In this document: piece by piece, positions 9,501 through 19,059 of the stretch
Numbering within the stretch: position 1 is the stretch's first letter
Layout of the letters: every line of letters starts with the position of its first letter
The notes under the pieces: model-generated
Seen by the model: the letters and a program-made list of their open reading frames with translations, nothing else
The model's database searches: none
What the model was told of the DNA's origin: nothing
Position numbers and translations under genes: made by a program
Assembly (NCBI GenBank): GCA_021300475.1
Contig: JAJTDO010000010.1
Location: forward strand, 6,533 to 70,532
Direction: 5' to 3'
DNA length: 64,000 nucleotides
Source: Burkholderiales bacterium
GTDB lineage: Bacteria; Pseudomonadota; Gammaproteobacteria; Burkholderiales; Burkholderiaceae_B

Positions 9501-10557
9501 GTGCATTCAAGGGGCCAATGCTGCGCTGATCCGGCAAATCCACCTTAAAGTTGTTGAGTGTGGTTCGGGTACCCCCCAGATGGTCTTTTTTCCAGTCGAC
9601 GCGCCCAGACCAATTGCTAAGCACCAAAGACTCTTTCAAACGTTCGCTGGCCAAGGTGACGCTGGGCAATTCTGCATCCAGCGTTACGCCCTGAAGCGCC
9701 ATTTTTTCAAAGGTCGCCCACAGGCGCACATCACCGCGGGCCTCTGGCAGCCAATTGGGCGTGTCCGCCCACTGGCGCAACTCCCTCAACTCAACTCCGT
9801 GCACATGCGCGTAAATTTCGCCGCGCCATTGCGTTACATCTGCAGGGCGGGAAGTGAACAAGGGCGTATAGAACTCCAGTTGTAATTCCAGCGGCGAGTT
9901 TTCATGTCCTGCCAATGTTGCGCTGACGGCAGCCTGATGAAAATTCACCAGATTTTTGGTGCGCAACTGCAACTGGGTCACCACAAGTTCAGGTGCCTTG
10001 CGCATGTCATCAAGCCACACAAGGCGCGAATTACGCACTTGTATGTCGCCTTGATTCAAAAGCCAGGCCAGCGCAGCGCTGTCGCCCTCGCCTTGAGTCT
10101 TCACAGGCAGGCCCGCCACCCAAATAACGCCTTTTTCATCGCGGCGCATATCCAGTTGTGCCTCTTCAACCACCAGATGAGACAAGCGGGGCTCCAGCGT
10201 AACCAGAGAGGTCCATGACACAGAGGCACGCACGGAAGGCAAGCTCAACGCGGTTTCACCCGCATCGCCCTTTAGCTCAATGTCTGACAAAACCAACCAA
10301 GGCTCCAGCCCCCACCAAGACACCTGCATGTTTCCCAGCACCAGTTGCCGACCCAACGTGCGCGAAATCGCAGCCTCCAACTCGGGCTTGTATTCTTCAG
10401 CATGCGGTACAACAATGTACTTCACGGCAAGCACGAAGGTGCACACCGAGAAAAACAACACCAGAAGAGAATTGATCAGCAGCCGTTTCATCCGGACCCA
10501 CAATAGCAAGCGCACCATCAAAATGTCAGAATGACTTTTGGGGAAGATGCGCAACAT
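6562..10557 (-). CDS. yhdP: YhdP family (AsmA-like) phospholipid transport protein
   Basis: About 1300 aa, N-terminal TM segment, C-terminal LPRRLTLDFRD...GTWVDP; glnE-yhdP-nit-tldD context. Start uncertain (10557 or 10491). Confidence 0.88.
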   Translation of the reverse strand: MLRIFPKSHSDILMVRLLLWVRMKRLLINSLLVLFFSVCTFVLAVKYIVVPHAEEYKPELEAAISRTLGRQLVLGNMQVSWWGLEPWLVLSDIELKGDAGETALSLPSVRASVSWTSLVTLEPRLSHLVVEEAQLDMRRDEKGVIWVAGLPVKTQGEGDSAALAWLLNQGDIQVRNSRLVWLDDMRKAPELVVTQLQLRTKNLVNFHQAAVSATLAGHENSPLELQLEFYTPLFTSRPADVTQWRGEIYAHVHGVELRELRQWADTPNWLPEARGDVRLWATFEKMALQGVTLDAELPSVTLASERLKESLVLSNWSGRVDWKKDHLGGTRTTLNNFKVDLPDQRSIGPLNAQLQLEAQEDGSIAAGQVKISALDVRNLVAVAVYLPFPEAWVSTLLQAQPEGQITRLQWDWHGLADAPETFRIAAAFEGLGMNPLVFGPEQRFPGFKGLSGEFSGDEVGGRWNLSATEGYVHAPEVLQTALVPFSELNTQGRWRRLGSGSKAIMKLDFDTLQVRRADMHLSMNGSLQTQGELLPDVDLSGNFKRVPVNIIPGLMPGFFPPDAISWLATGLRGGMVTEGNWRLKGNLNDYPFKKRNQGEFSLVGKIQGGDLLFDTEWPAITNIEGVVSFDNDTLTVSAKQAKTKDSNLSNVQVKIPSLMADAWVLSVEGLAQGAMSDMVKYVNGSPVNAMLDGLLLETKANGSAKLALTLELPLSVPEQTKLKGTLNFLENDVLLMSGLPQLLKVKGSLEFNESGVSIKNLNGFGLGGPVRLDGGTRPDGSMQFRAEGTASAQGIKRYLSLPTALRISGQTRYGVNIGIKPGVGEPDITVESNLQGLVSDLPAPFVKQAQEVWPFEFRMIPTLSKAGNIVRDELRMYLSSNQGSISQVGLLQGRLERDRTNGKSNILRGAIAVREPLVMPESGFNLNVKVPKLDLDQWQLTQLGDPSAADSNTAGTLTEGSKDTVALMPDRITLKTDQLVFATKVIHDLVLSGTRKKDSWNFDISSAEALGQASWTQNAKTDVAGTLSLKLARLIIPETPDTVVAVVPDPTDYFDTPALDIAVDQFFIGKTNYGKLRLKAVNEGEGQFKQWILRDMQLSNPDATLTAKGEWRREQVGQPRRTRLDFKMDVGNAGKLLDRVGLEKLVRSGTGAVNGRLQWVGPPQSFDYATMNGELSMDIKNGQFLKAEPGVARLLGILSLQSLPRRLTLDFRDVFSEGFAFDQIFANASVANGVLSTSDFKMRGVSASVLMEGKVDLVKETQDLRAVILPEVSAAGGSLVYSVMAANPAIGIASFLAQLVLKDPLSKAFSYEYKVSGTWVDPNIEKVEKRN

Positions 10558-10610
10558 TTTCAATTTTAACCTCTTGTACAAACAATAGTTCTGACCCAAG
10601 CGAAGAAAAC

Positions 10611-13302
10611 ATGGAAGATCAAACAAGTCTGTGGCCGGCGCACTCGGCTTTTGCACAACGCTGGATATACAGATTTCCTGAATGGATAGAGGCATTTGAA
10701 CCTGAGAAACCGCTGCTGTGCGTGGTTTCGGACACACTTGATGCACTGGTGCCCGAGCAGGGGGAAGCCGAGATCAAGCGCCAGTTGCGACTGACGCGGC
10801 AACGTTTGATGCTGGAAATCATGCGGCGCGACCTCTTGGGTCTGGCCACGTTGCAGGAGGTGACGCACAGCCTGTCGCTGATGGCAGACCACCTGATTGA
10901 TGTGGCCTGCCGCTGGGCGCATGAACAGATGGTGGCGCGTTACGGCGAGCCTGCCGACCAAGACAGCCTGATCATCATTGGCATGGGAAAACTGGGCGGC
11001 AAAGAACTCAATGTTTCTTCAGACGTTGACCTGATCTTCACCTATGGTTGCGAAAAGGAGACTGCAGGTGGCCCTACCGGCAAGAAACTGAGCCACGCAG
11101 AATTTTTTGCGCATGTCGGAAAACGCGTCATCAATCTGATTTCCGACCCCACCGAAGACGGATTCGTTTTTCGGGTGGACATGCGTTTGCGCCCGAACGG
11201 CGATTCGGGTCCTTTGGTGGCGAGCCTGGACATGCTGGAGGAATATTTTTTCGTTCAGGGCAGGGAATGGGAACGCTACGCATGGATAAAATCGCGCGTG
11301 GTGAACCGGGCAGCCAGCCAGGCCATGCAGCCCAGTTTCAACCAGCAGTGCAGCGCCTTGGAAAAACTCAAGAAACCTTTTGTTTTCAGACGCTATCTCG
11401 ATTTCGGTGCCATACGCGCCCTGCGCGACCTGCATCAACAGATTCGCCAGGAAGTGCGCAAACGTGAACGCGGACAAGATGCAGGCAGCGTGCATGTCAA
11501 GCTGGGTCGGGGCGGTATCCGTGAAATTGAATTCATGGCACAGGTATTCCAGCTGATTCGCGGTGGCCGGGAACCGGAATTGCAAATTCGCGCCACACTC
11601 GACGTGCTGAAATTGTGTGCGCAAAAAGGACTGATTGAAGAAGAGGTCAGAGACAAACTAACGCAAGCCTATGATTTTTGGCGGCGACTGGAACATCGCC
11701 TGCAATATGTAGAAGACGCACAAACACATCTTTTACCGGCAGATGAAGGCATCAGACAACAAATGGCCATTGCCATGGGCATGCAAACCACTGAAAACCT
11801 GAATCAGGCCATCCAGACTTGGCAAGATTTCGTTGACCAGCAATTCCAGTGGGTATTTTCGGACAAACAAGACGATGAACACGATGAAGTGAGCGCCACG
11901 CAATGGCCGCAGGCCTGGATCGACAGGTTTTCCAATGTCGTTGTAGCGCAATCACGCTGGAGCGACCTGTTGAACTCTCCTCGCTATAAAAGCCTGCCGC
12001 AAGCACACCGAGAGCGTCTGGACAGACTGCTGCCCGCGCTGGTGCAAGCCTGCACCGAGGCGTCCGATCCGGACACAGCGTGGTCGCGCAGCGTGGGGCT
12101 CCTGGAAAGCATTGCAAGGCGCGGAGCGTATTTGTCTTTGCTCGATGAGTTTCCCGCCGCCCGAACACGGGTGGTACGTTTGCTAAGCGCCAGCGAGTGG
12201 GCTGCCAACTACCTGAAGTCACACCCAATTTTATTGGACGAGATGCTGGACGAGCGTAATCTGTATGCCCGTCCAGATTGGCCTTTGTATGAGGCCGACC
12301 TGAGAAAAAGCCTGAGCCTGGCCCGCCTGCCGGATGGCAGCCCAGACCTTGAGGTTCAAATGAACCTGACGCGCGAATTACATCACACACAAGTGTTTCG
12401 CCTGTTGGCGCAAGACCTTGAAGGCTACTGGACAGTGGAACACCTGTCCGACCAACTCTCCGAACTGGCCGACAGCACCCTGGCCGCCATTTTGGATGAA
12501 GCGTGGAAACAGGTGCCCAAACGACACACCGACCATCCGAAATTCGCCATTGTTGCCTACGGAAAACTGGGTGGCAAAGAACTGGGCTATGCCTCTGACC
12601 TCGACATTATTTTTCTCTTCGACGACCCACACCCGCAAGCCGCTGATTTGTATGCAAAACTTGCCCAACGCATGAGCCGTTGGCTGAGCACGCAAACCTC
12701 TGCCGGCATCTTGTTTGAAACAGATTTTCGTTTGCGACCCAACGGTGCGGCAGGTTTGCTGGTGTCCAGCCTACAGGCCTTTGGCGCCTATCAAAAAACA
12801 TCAGGCTCTAACGCGTGCCCGGTATTGCGTGGGCGACCGCGAACTGGGGGAAGCATTTGAGAAATGCCGCGTGGAAGTGCTCAGAAACCCCCGTGAAATT
12901 CCAGCGCTGGCTCAGGAAGTCATGTCCATGAGGACACGCATGCACGAAGGGCACCCCAACCCCACCGACCTGTTTGACATCAAGCACAACGAAGGCGGCA
13001 TGGTGGACATTGAATTCATTGTGCAATTTCTGGTGCTTGCCCACAGCCCGCAACATGCAGAACTGACGGCGAACATCGGGAATATTGCACTGTTGAAACG
13101 CTGCGCCGCCCTGGGCCTGATTGAGGAAACATTGGCAACCGATGTGGGTGACGCCTACCGGAGTTTGCGGGCAAAACAGCACGCCATGCGCCTGGACGGA
13201 AAAGAAACGCCAAGAACCCCATTCACCGAATTTGACAAGGAAATTGCGACGGTCAAGCGTCTTTGGAAAGAAACCATCGTGGCGGCGTCGGTGCAAAACT
13301 AA
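10611..13302 (+). pseudogene. glnE: Glutamine synthetase adenylyltransferase GlnE, frameshifted at about 12798 (real lesion or assembly error)
   Basis: Two GKLGGKEL..SD.D nucleotidyltransferase motifs and RLRP motifs; the frame switches at AYQK|a|HQALTRAR, where the conserved AWxWE segment is missing. Confidence 0.85.
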
Positions 13303-13306
13303 CAGC

Positions 13307-14005
13307 CTACTTGGGAATTGCCACCTGATTCATGCGCACCAGCACCACCTCTGCCCGGCGATCCAGTGATTCGGAACCCCGGTTTCTGTCGAAATAACGG
13401 GGGGCCGGCAACATGGCTGCCAGACGAGCGGCCTGACCGGTGTCCAATTGTGAAGCACTGACACCGAAATAGTAACGGCTGCCAGATTCCACACCGTAAA
13501 CGCCGTTGCCGATTTCCACCACGTTCAAATAAATTTCAAGGATACGGCGCTTGGACATGACAGCCTCTATCATCCAGGTGATGATGAGCTCTTGTCCTTT
13601 GCGAATATAACTTCGCTGACTGTTGAGAAACAGATTTTTCGCCAACTGCTGGGTAATGGTGGAGCCGCCATGCGTCACCCTGCCCCGTTTGTCATTGCGT
13701 TCACGGGCTTTTTCAATGGCTTCCCAATCAACCCCGAAATGCTGTGTGAATCGCGTGTCTTCGGCCGCAACAGCCGCACGTTTCATCTGGCTTGAAATTT
13801 TTTCATAGGGTACCCAGGCATGCTGCAATTGAGCCTTGGGATTTTTTTCCCGCATCTGCGACAGGCGGATTTCCATAAAACGCGTGGTGTTCGGATTGAC
13901 GAACTTCCACCAAACCACGCAACAAAAAAACCACAACTGCACCACCAGCACTAAAAGCACAAAAACCAGAGCGGCGCGGCGCAGGTATCGGAAAAAGGCT
14001 TGCAT
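13307..14005 (-). CDS. mtgA: Monofunctional biosynthetic peptidoglycan transglycosylase
   Basis: AAEDTRF, GGSTITQQLAKNLFL, RKGQE and ILEIYLN motifs; ATG overlaps the aroE stop (TAATG). Confidence 0.93.
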   Translation of the reverse strand: MQAFFRYLRRAALVFVLLVLVVQLWFFCCVVWWKFVNPNTTRFMEIRLSQMREKNPKAQLQHAWVPYEKISSQMKRAAVAAEDTRFTQHFGVDWEAIEKARERNDKRGRVTHGGSTITQQLAKNLFLNSQRSYIRKGQELIITWMIEAVMSKRRILEIYLNVVEIGNGVYGVESGSRYYFGVSASQLDTGQAARLAAMLPAPRYFDRNRGSESLDRRAEVVLVRMNQVAIPK

Positions 14006-14838
14006 TAAATCGCTTTCAGGAAAGAGTCGCGGGCCGCCTGCAATACGCTGGCCGTTGGCGGCCTGACACCTCGCCACACCAGAAAGGCCTCAGCGGCCTG
14101 TTCTACCAACATGCCCAAACCATCAGATACCGGCACAGAAAAGGCAGCCGCCTGGTTCATGAACACCGTTGGCTGGGCCCCATACATCATGTCGTATGCC
14201 AACTGCACACCTTCAAACCAAACAGGGTGCAATGGAATGGGTTCACCGGTCAAACCGCTGGATGTGCCATTCACAATAATATCGGCGGGCATGGGTGCGT
14301 GGTCAAACCCGCCCGCCTCAATGTGTACCGATGCGAAGCGCTCTTTTAAACGCTGCGCCAGCACACAGGCTTTTTCCGGCGTTCTGTTGAGCAACACCAA
14401 GCTGCTTAAACCGGCCTCCAGCAATGGCTCCAACACGCCGGCAACCGCACCGCCCGCCCCCAGCATCAACAGCCTGCGGTTCACCAAGGAACCGGTCAGC
14501 CGGCTCAGGTCAGCCAGAAGACCGGCACCGTCGGTGTTGTCGCCTGCCAAGCCGCCACCGGGCAGAAAGCGCAAGGTATTCACCGCGCCGGCACTTCGGG
14601 CCCGGTCGGTTAGGCTGTCACACAAATCAAAAGCCTCAAATTTGAAGGGCACCGTGACATTGGCACCCTTCATGCCGGCAGCCCGCATGGCGGCCAGCGT
14701 GGTTTTAAAACCAGTCAGCGGCACCAGCAAGCGGCCGTATTCAATGGACTGCCCAGTGAGTTCCGCAAACCGCGCATGTAACCAGGGCGATTTGCTGTGT
14801 TGTATCGGGTTGCCAAGAACGGCGTAACGGTCTGTCAT
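14005..14838 (-). CDS. aroE: Shikimate dehydrogenase
   Basis: GNPIQHSKSP, NVTVPFK, GDNTDG, GAGGA and DGLGMLVEQAA motifs. Confidence 0.94.
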   Translation of the reverse strand: MTDRYAVLGNPIQHSKSPWLHARFAELTGQSIEYGRLLVPLTGFKTTLAAMRAAGMKGANVTVPFKFEAFDLCDSLTDRARSAGAVNTLRFLPGGGLAGDNTDGAGLLADLSRLTGSLVNRRLLMLGAGGAVAGVLEPLLEAGLSSLVLLNRTPEKACVLAQRLKERFASVHIEAGGFDHAPMPADIIVNGTSSGLTGEPIPLHPVWFEGVQLAYDMMYGAQPTVFMNQAAAFSVPVSDGLGMLVEQAAEAFLVWRGVRPPTASVLQAARDSFLKAI

Positions 14839-14878
14839 GGTTTGAGGGGTGGAATAAGCAAAGCGGTTGGCATGGGTA

Positions 14879-15823
14879 TCACCGTTGTCGGGTCTCAAGC
14901 GCGTCGTTGGTGAACATCCAGGTGCGGGTAATCACCAAAACATCGGCATTTTTCAGCATTTCCGGCGTGAACGCTCCGTAAGGGCCGGCCATCTCAACGA
15001 TGCGCAGCGCCGCTCTGTCCAGCACTGGCAAACCAGAAGATTTGTCCAACTCTACACTTTGCACAGAACCGTCTTTTTTAATGTAGACCGTCAGCCTGAG
15101 TTGGCCGTAGTACTTGCCCTTGGCTTCAGCCGGGTAATTCAGGTTGCCATAGCGCTCCACTTTTTGCCGCCAGCTTTCTTCATACATGGCAAACACATAG
15201 GGTGAGGTACTGGGAGCAAAAAAGTGCAGGCGGGGCCGCTTGTTGTAATCTTCAATTTGTTTTGCGATCTGTGCTTCCAACCGGGCTATTTCGCGGGCAG
15301 AGACTTTAAGATCGTCTGTGGACAATGCAGGCGCAGGTGCGGGTTTGCTTTGCGGTTGCGGTGTTTCCGCAACCTTGGGGCTGTCATTTTGCTCTGGTGC
15401 TGTACGCTCTTTAACTGCAGCCTCACGGGGCTTGAGTGCTTCAGCCTTCAGCGCTTTTTGCTGGCTTTCCAGCTGCTTTATTTTTTCCTCTACCTGACTG
15501 GGCGGTGGTGTTGCAGGTACCACCTGCGCCATGGGAAACGGCGATTTTGCACGCCCTTCCTTTTGCTCGCCCCCCCCGTCAAGCGCCACCTGCGCCAGCG
15601 CATCGGCCTGCTTTGGCGCAGTCTCAGACTCGCTGTTTACCAGAATCACTTCCAGTGTTGAAACCTCAGGACGTGAAGCTTTCGGCGCACTGAAAAAGTA
15701 CACCGCCAAGATCAGATGCACAAACAAGGAAATGAAAACTGCGTTTTTCAGGCTGCGGCGATGCCGTTGCTGCCAAAAAACACCAATATCACCCCACGCT
15801 TGCAGTTGTCCCGTCGCCTGCAT
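14879..15823 (-). CDS. TonB family energy transducer protein
   Basis: TM segment with SLFVH motif, Pro/Lys-rich linker, C-terminal SSGLPVLDRAAL TonB_C motif. Confidence 0.82.
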   Translation of the reverse strand: MQATGQLQAWGDIGVFWQQRHRRSLKNAVFISLFVHLILAVYFFSAPKASRPEVSTLEVILVNSESETAPKQADALAQVALDGGGEQKEGRAKSPFPMAQVVPATPPPSQVEEKIKQLESQQKALKAEALKPREAAVKERTAPEQNDSPKVAETPQPQSKPAPAPALSTDDLKVSAREIARLEAQIAKQIEDYNKRPRLHFFAPSTSPYVFAMYEESWRQKVERYGNLNYPAEAKGKYYGQLRLTVYIKKDGSVQSVELDKSSGLPVLDRAALRIVEMAGPYGAFTPEMLKNADVLVITRTWMFTNDALETRQR

Positions 15824-17819
15824 TACCGTCCTTGATCTCTAAAACTACGTCAGTGGATACTTCCGCTGGTGTTTCTTGGGTTGGTACTCCATTTGCAACT
15901 TCATCTGCAACCTCTTCGGCTTCCAACTCCATCGCCACTTCTACCTGCTCACAAACCTCAATGAGCTTGCAGTGAATATCAACACCGACAAAGTCCAGTT
16001 CCATAACTTGCAGTTTCAACACCGTGCCGCGTGGCTGCCCGGAGAAACCTGGCAGGCGCACAATCAGGGGAATGTCCTGAAACCTGACGATGTCGTCACG
16101 GATCACCACAGCCATGGCTTGGCTGATGTCGCGTTGTTCCAACCAGCGCAAACACCAATAACGCTCCATGTTGGACTGAAAATCAGCATAGGCCTTGTAG
16201 GTGGTGTCAAATGCAGACACCGCGGCAAACAAGTCTGCGTCATTGGCCGCAAACACGGGTGGTGCATTTTTCAGCACGGAAATCAGTTGCCACTGATTCA
16301 CTAAATCCACATAGCGGCGCAAAGGTGAGGTCGACCAAGCGTACTGCGGCACACCCAAACCCACATGCGGTGCTGCATGCGTGGCCATGCGCACCCGGGC
16401 GCCCGGGGGTTGGGTGCGGTAAATGCCAGGCACCTCTTTTTCATGCAACAAACCACCCCAGGTCTGGTTCACGAGAATCATGAATTCCGCGACCAGTAAA
16501 TCAAGAGGTGCGTCCCTGCGCCGGGGCAAAATTTCCACCCGTCCATCCACCACATAAAAATTATAGTCGATGCGGTGGTTGTTTTCCGTTTTGCCACGGT
16601 AGATGTCGCGTTGCTCGCTCAATACGCCCCGCACTTTCCAAAGCAAGGCCAACTCTCTGGCACACAGGAAGTCTGCTGCCGGGTGCGGATCGTTTAAATC
16701 AATGGCATCAAGCGCCTGCGGTGTGACTTTTTCATCCAGCAAGTTGTGACGGAAATTGTGCGCAATGGTGATGCGCTCAATCTTGCTTTCCATCTCGCCG
16801 GTCAGCGTACCGTCTTCAATGCGGGCCTCGACATACAAAGACAAAGCGGCCACTTCGCGCCCTTGTGCCAAGGTCGACAATTCCACCAAGGCGTCGGGGA
16901 GCATGGTAATTTTATCGCCAGGCATGTAGACGGTGGAAAGCCGGTCACGGGCGATTTGGTCCAGCGCATCGCCCCGCTCGCACAGCAAGGCAGGGGCCGC
17001 AATGTGAATACCGATTCTGGCCATGCCCCCTTCGAGGAAGGTCACGGAAAATGCATCGTCAATTTCAGTGGTTGTGATGTCGTCAATTGAAAACGCCTGA
17101 ACATCTGCCAGTGGCAAGGTGTGCGGAGCGGCCACCGCCACTTCGGGAAAGCCGGTGCCCCGTGGAAATTGCAACACCTCAAAAACGCGGCGGTGCATTT
17201 CATGTTCACTGGCAAATACGCCGGTTTTCATCAATACATGTTCCGCCCTTGCGCTTGCACGCTCACAGGCCAAGGCCAAGGCCTTGTACTCAGCCGAGTT
17301 TTTATCGGGTTTGGCCAACAAGTGCGCCGCCACCCTGGCAATTTCAGTGGGCATCTGCCCTGCCACCAAGGCATCGGCCCAAGCGGACTGCTGCTCGGCA
17401 GCAATGCGTTTTTTCTCGGCAGCGGCCAGCGCAGCCTTTAATATCTCAGGCGGAGCCGGCTTGTATTTTCCACGGCCTTTGCGGTGAAAATACAAAGGTG
17501 CAGCGTGCAGCGCGAACAACAATGCCGCAGACTGAACCGCATCGGGTTTGGCACCGAAGTATTCCTCGCCAAAACTCAAAAAATCGAACTCTTGCTGAGG
17601 TGCGCATTCCCATAAAAACGCAGCGTCGAACTCAGCCTGCAAAGCTTGCGCTTTTGGCAGCAACTGACCGAATTCCGGATCGCGAAACTGCAACAAGACA
17701 TGCGTTGCCTTGATTTTGCTGCGCTTGCCATGAGGTGCCTCTACCTGCAGCGTTCCTGCCGCTTCCTGCATGACGTTGCCGACGCGAAAATCACCATCTT
17801 CTTCATAAAGAACAAACAT
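15789..17819 (-). CDS. RNB-domain ribonuclease (RNase II family)
   Basis: SIDDITTTEIDDAFS catalytic motif and TSPLRRYVDL. Confidence 0.9.
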   Translation of the reverse strand: MFVLYEEDGDFRVGNVMQEAAGTLQVEAPHGKRSKIKATHVLLQFRDPEFGQLLPKAQALQAEFDAAFLWECAPQQEFDFLSFGEEYFGAKPDAVQSAALLFALHAAPLYFHRKGRGKYKPAPPEILKAALAAAEKKRIAAEQQSAWADALVAGQMPTEIARVAAHLLAKPDKNSAEYKALALACERASARAEHVLMKTGVFASEHEMHRRVFEVLQFPRGTGFPEVAVAAPHTLPLADVQAFSIDDITTTEIDDAFSVTFLEGGMARIGIHIAAPALLCERGDALDQIARDRLSTVYMPGDKITMLPDALVELSTLAQGREVAALSLYVEARIEDGTLTGEMESKIERITIAHNFRHNLLDEKVTPQALDAIDLNDPHPAADFLCARELALLWKVRGVLSEQRDIYRGKTENNHRIDYNFYVVDGRVEILPRRRDAPLDLLVAEFMILVNQTWGGLLHEKEVPGIYRTQPPGARVRMATHAAPHVGLGVPQYAWSTSPLRRYVDLVNQWQLISVLKNAPPVFAANDADLFAAVSAFDTTYKAYADFQSNMERYWCLRWLEQRDISQAMAVVIRDDIVRFQDIPLIVRLPGFSGQPRGTVLKLQVMELDFVGVDIHCKLIEVCEQVEVAMELEAEEVADEVANGVPTQETPAEVSTDVVLEIKDGNAGDGTTASVG

Positions 17820-17882
17820 GTCTTGAAATACCTTGTGTAGCACTGCCTTGGGCTTGTCCCCACTGCACGGCTAAAAAACTGA

Positions 17883-18452
17883 CTACGATTCAACCGAAAA
17901 AAATACCTCGGTCACCAACAAAGGCGTGCGCTTCAAATGCCTTTGATAGAGCGCACGCCGCGCATACATTTTGCCCTTCGGGACCGATTTCAAACCTGCG
18001 GCAGCCAAGGCTGTGCGTGTTTGCCGACGCAACCGGTGCTGCTCGGGCAGGCAGGCAAACATCAGCGGGCTGCGCACCACCCGCTTGTCCTTGAACAGTA
18101 CACTGCCCAAGGAACGAGAACCCAATACTCGCCAAAACGGCCAGTCCGATTGCGCCCCGAGCAGTTTGACCACCGAATGCGCCACCACTCTGGGGTGGCC
18201 ATCGGCCATCAGCGTGACATTTCGCACACGCGCTTTTCTGGCACCGGGCAGACCCAGAACGACAGACTCATCGGCGTGGGCCATGCCTGCCCCTTGTTCG
18301 TTTACGCAAACTTTGCAAGCACCAAAAAAACGTTGCAGCCGCAAGGTCAGCGACCCTTTGCTGGACAGCCATGCGCTGACCTGCGCAGGCCACGCAGGAG
18401 AACAGCGGGCACGCCAGCGCGCGTTTTTCAAGGCCGCCCCCGGCCCAAACAT
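17883..18452 (-). CDS. ubiC: Chorismate--pyruvate lyase
   Basis: WL..KGSLT.RL, R.V.L, LGSRSLG..LF, ARR and LLVTEVF motifs. Start uncertain. Confidence 0.82.
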   Translation of the reverse strand: MFGPGAALKNARWRARCSPAWPAQVSAWLSSKGSLTLRLQRFFGACKVCVNEQGAGMAHADESVVLGLPGARKARVRNVTLMADGHPRVVAHSVVKLLGAQSDWPFWRVLGSRSLGSVLFKDKRVVRSPLMFACLPEQHRLRRQTRTALAAAGLKSVPKGKMYARRALYQRHLKRTPLLVTEVFFSVES

Positions 18453-19045
18453 TCCATGACCCAAGGCAGGTGCAAATCAAAATCTGAAATGGCGTGGTCT
18501 CCGCCTTCCAGAATGCGGGCAGACGCGCCTTGGTAGCGCGCAATCATGGCGCGGGCATCCAGCACTTCATCGCCTAGGCAGGCCAAAAGGAAATACCGCT
18601 CCATGTGCGTAAGCACTTCCACATTCATGGCATGAAGGTCAGACAAATATTCAGGCACGAATTCAATTTCGGCATCAGAAAAATAGACTTTTTTTCGTCC
18701 GATCTGATCTTGTAAATCTGTCCAGGGCGTCACCGCCGGGTTCAGCAAAACCGCCCTGCCCCCAAAACGCTCTGCAAGCACACTGGCATAAAAGCCGCCC
18801 AAAGAAGACCCGATAAAATCAAAATTACACGCTGGGTTGAACCGTCTTTTTTCTTCCAGCCACTGACTGACATGCGCCATGGCTGCCTTGGGCGACGCCG
18901 GCAAGTCAGGCTGCCACAGGCAGTCCGAGGCACCGCAGGCCTGCATCCAGGCGCGGGTTTTGACTGCCTTCACCGAACCCGATGAAGAGCGAAAACCATG
19001 CAAATACACCAGATAGTCGGCGGACTGCGCGTGTGGGGTTGTCAT
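18428..19045 (-). CDS. YqiA/YcfP family alpha/beta esterase
   Basis: YLHGFRSS, GSSLGG, LLNPAV, DEVLD and GGDH motifs. Confidence 0.9.
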   Translation of the reverse strand: MTTPHAQSADYLVYLHGFRSSSGSVKAVKTRAWMQACGASDCLWQPDLPASPKAAMAHVSQWLEEKRRFNPACNFDFIGSSLGGFYASVLAERFGGRAVLLNPAVTPWTDLQDQIGRKKVYFSDAEIEFVPEYLSDLHAMNVEVLTHMERYFLLACLGDEVLDARAMIARYQGASARILEGGDHAISDFDLHLPWVMECLGRGRP

Positions 19046-19059
19046 GCCAGCGTCTTCAT

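Noticed and set aside
12790..12800. Programmed ribosomal frameshift at the A6 run in glnE (and likewise in ffh)
   Set aside because: Conserved residues are physically missing at both junctions, so recoding could not restore the proteins.
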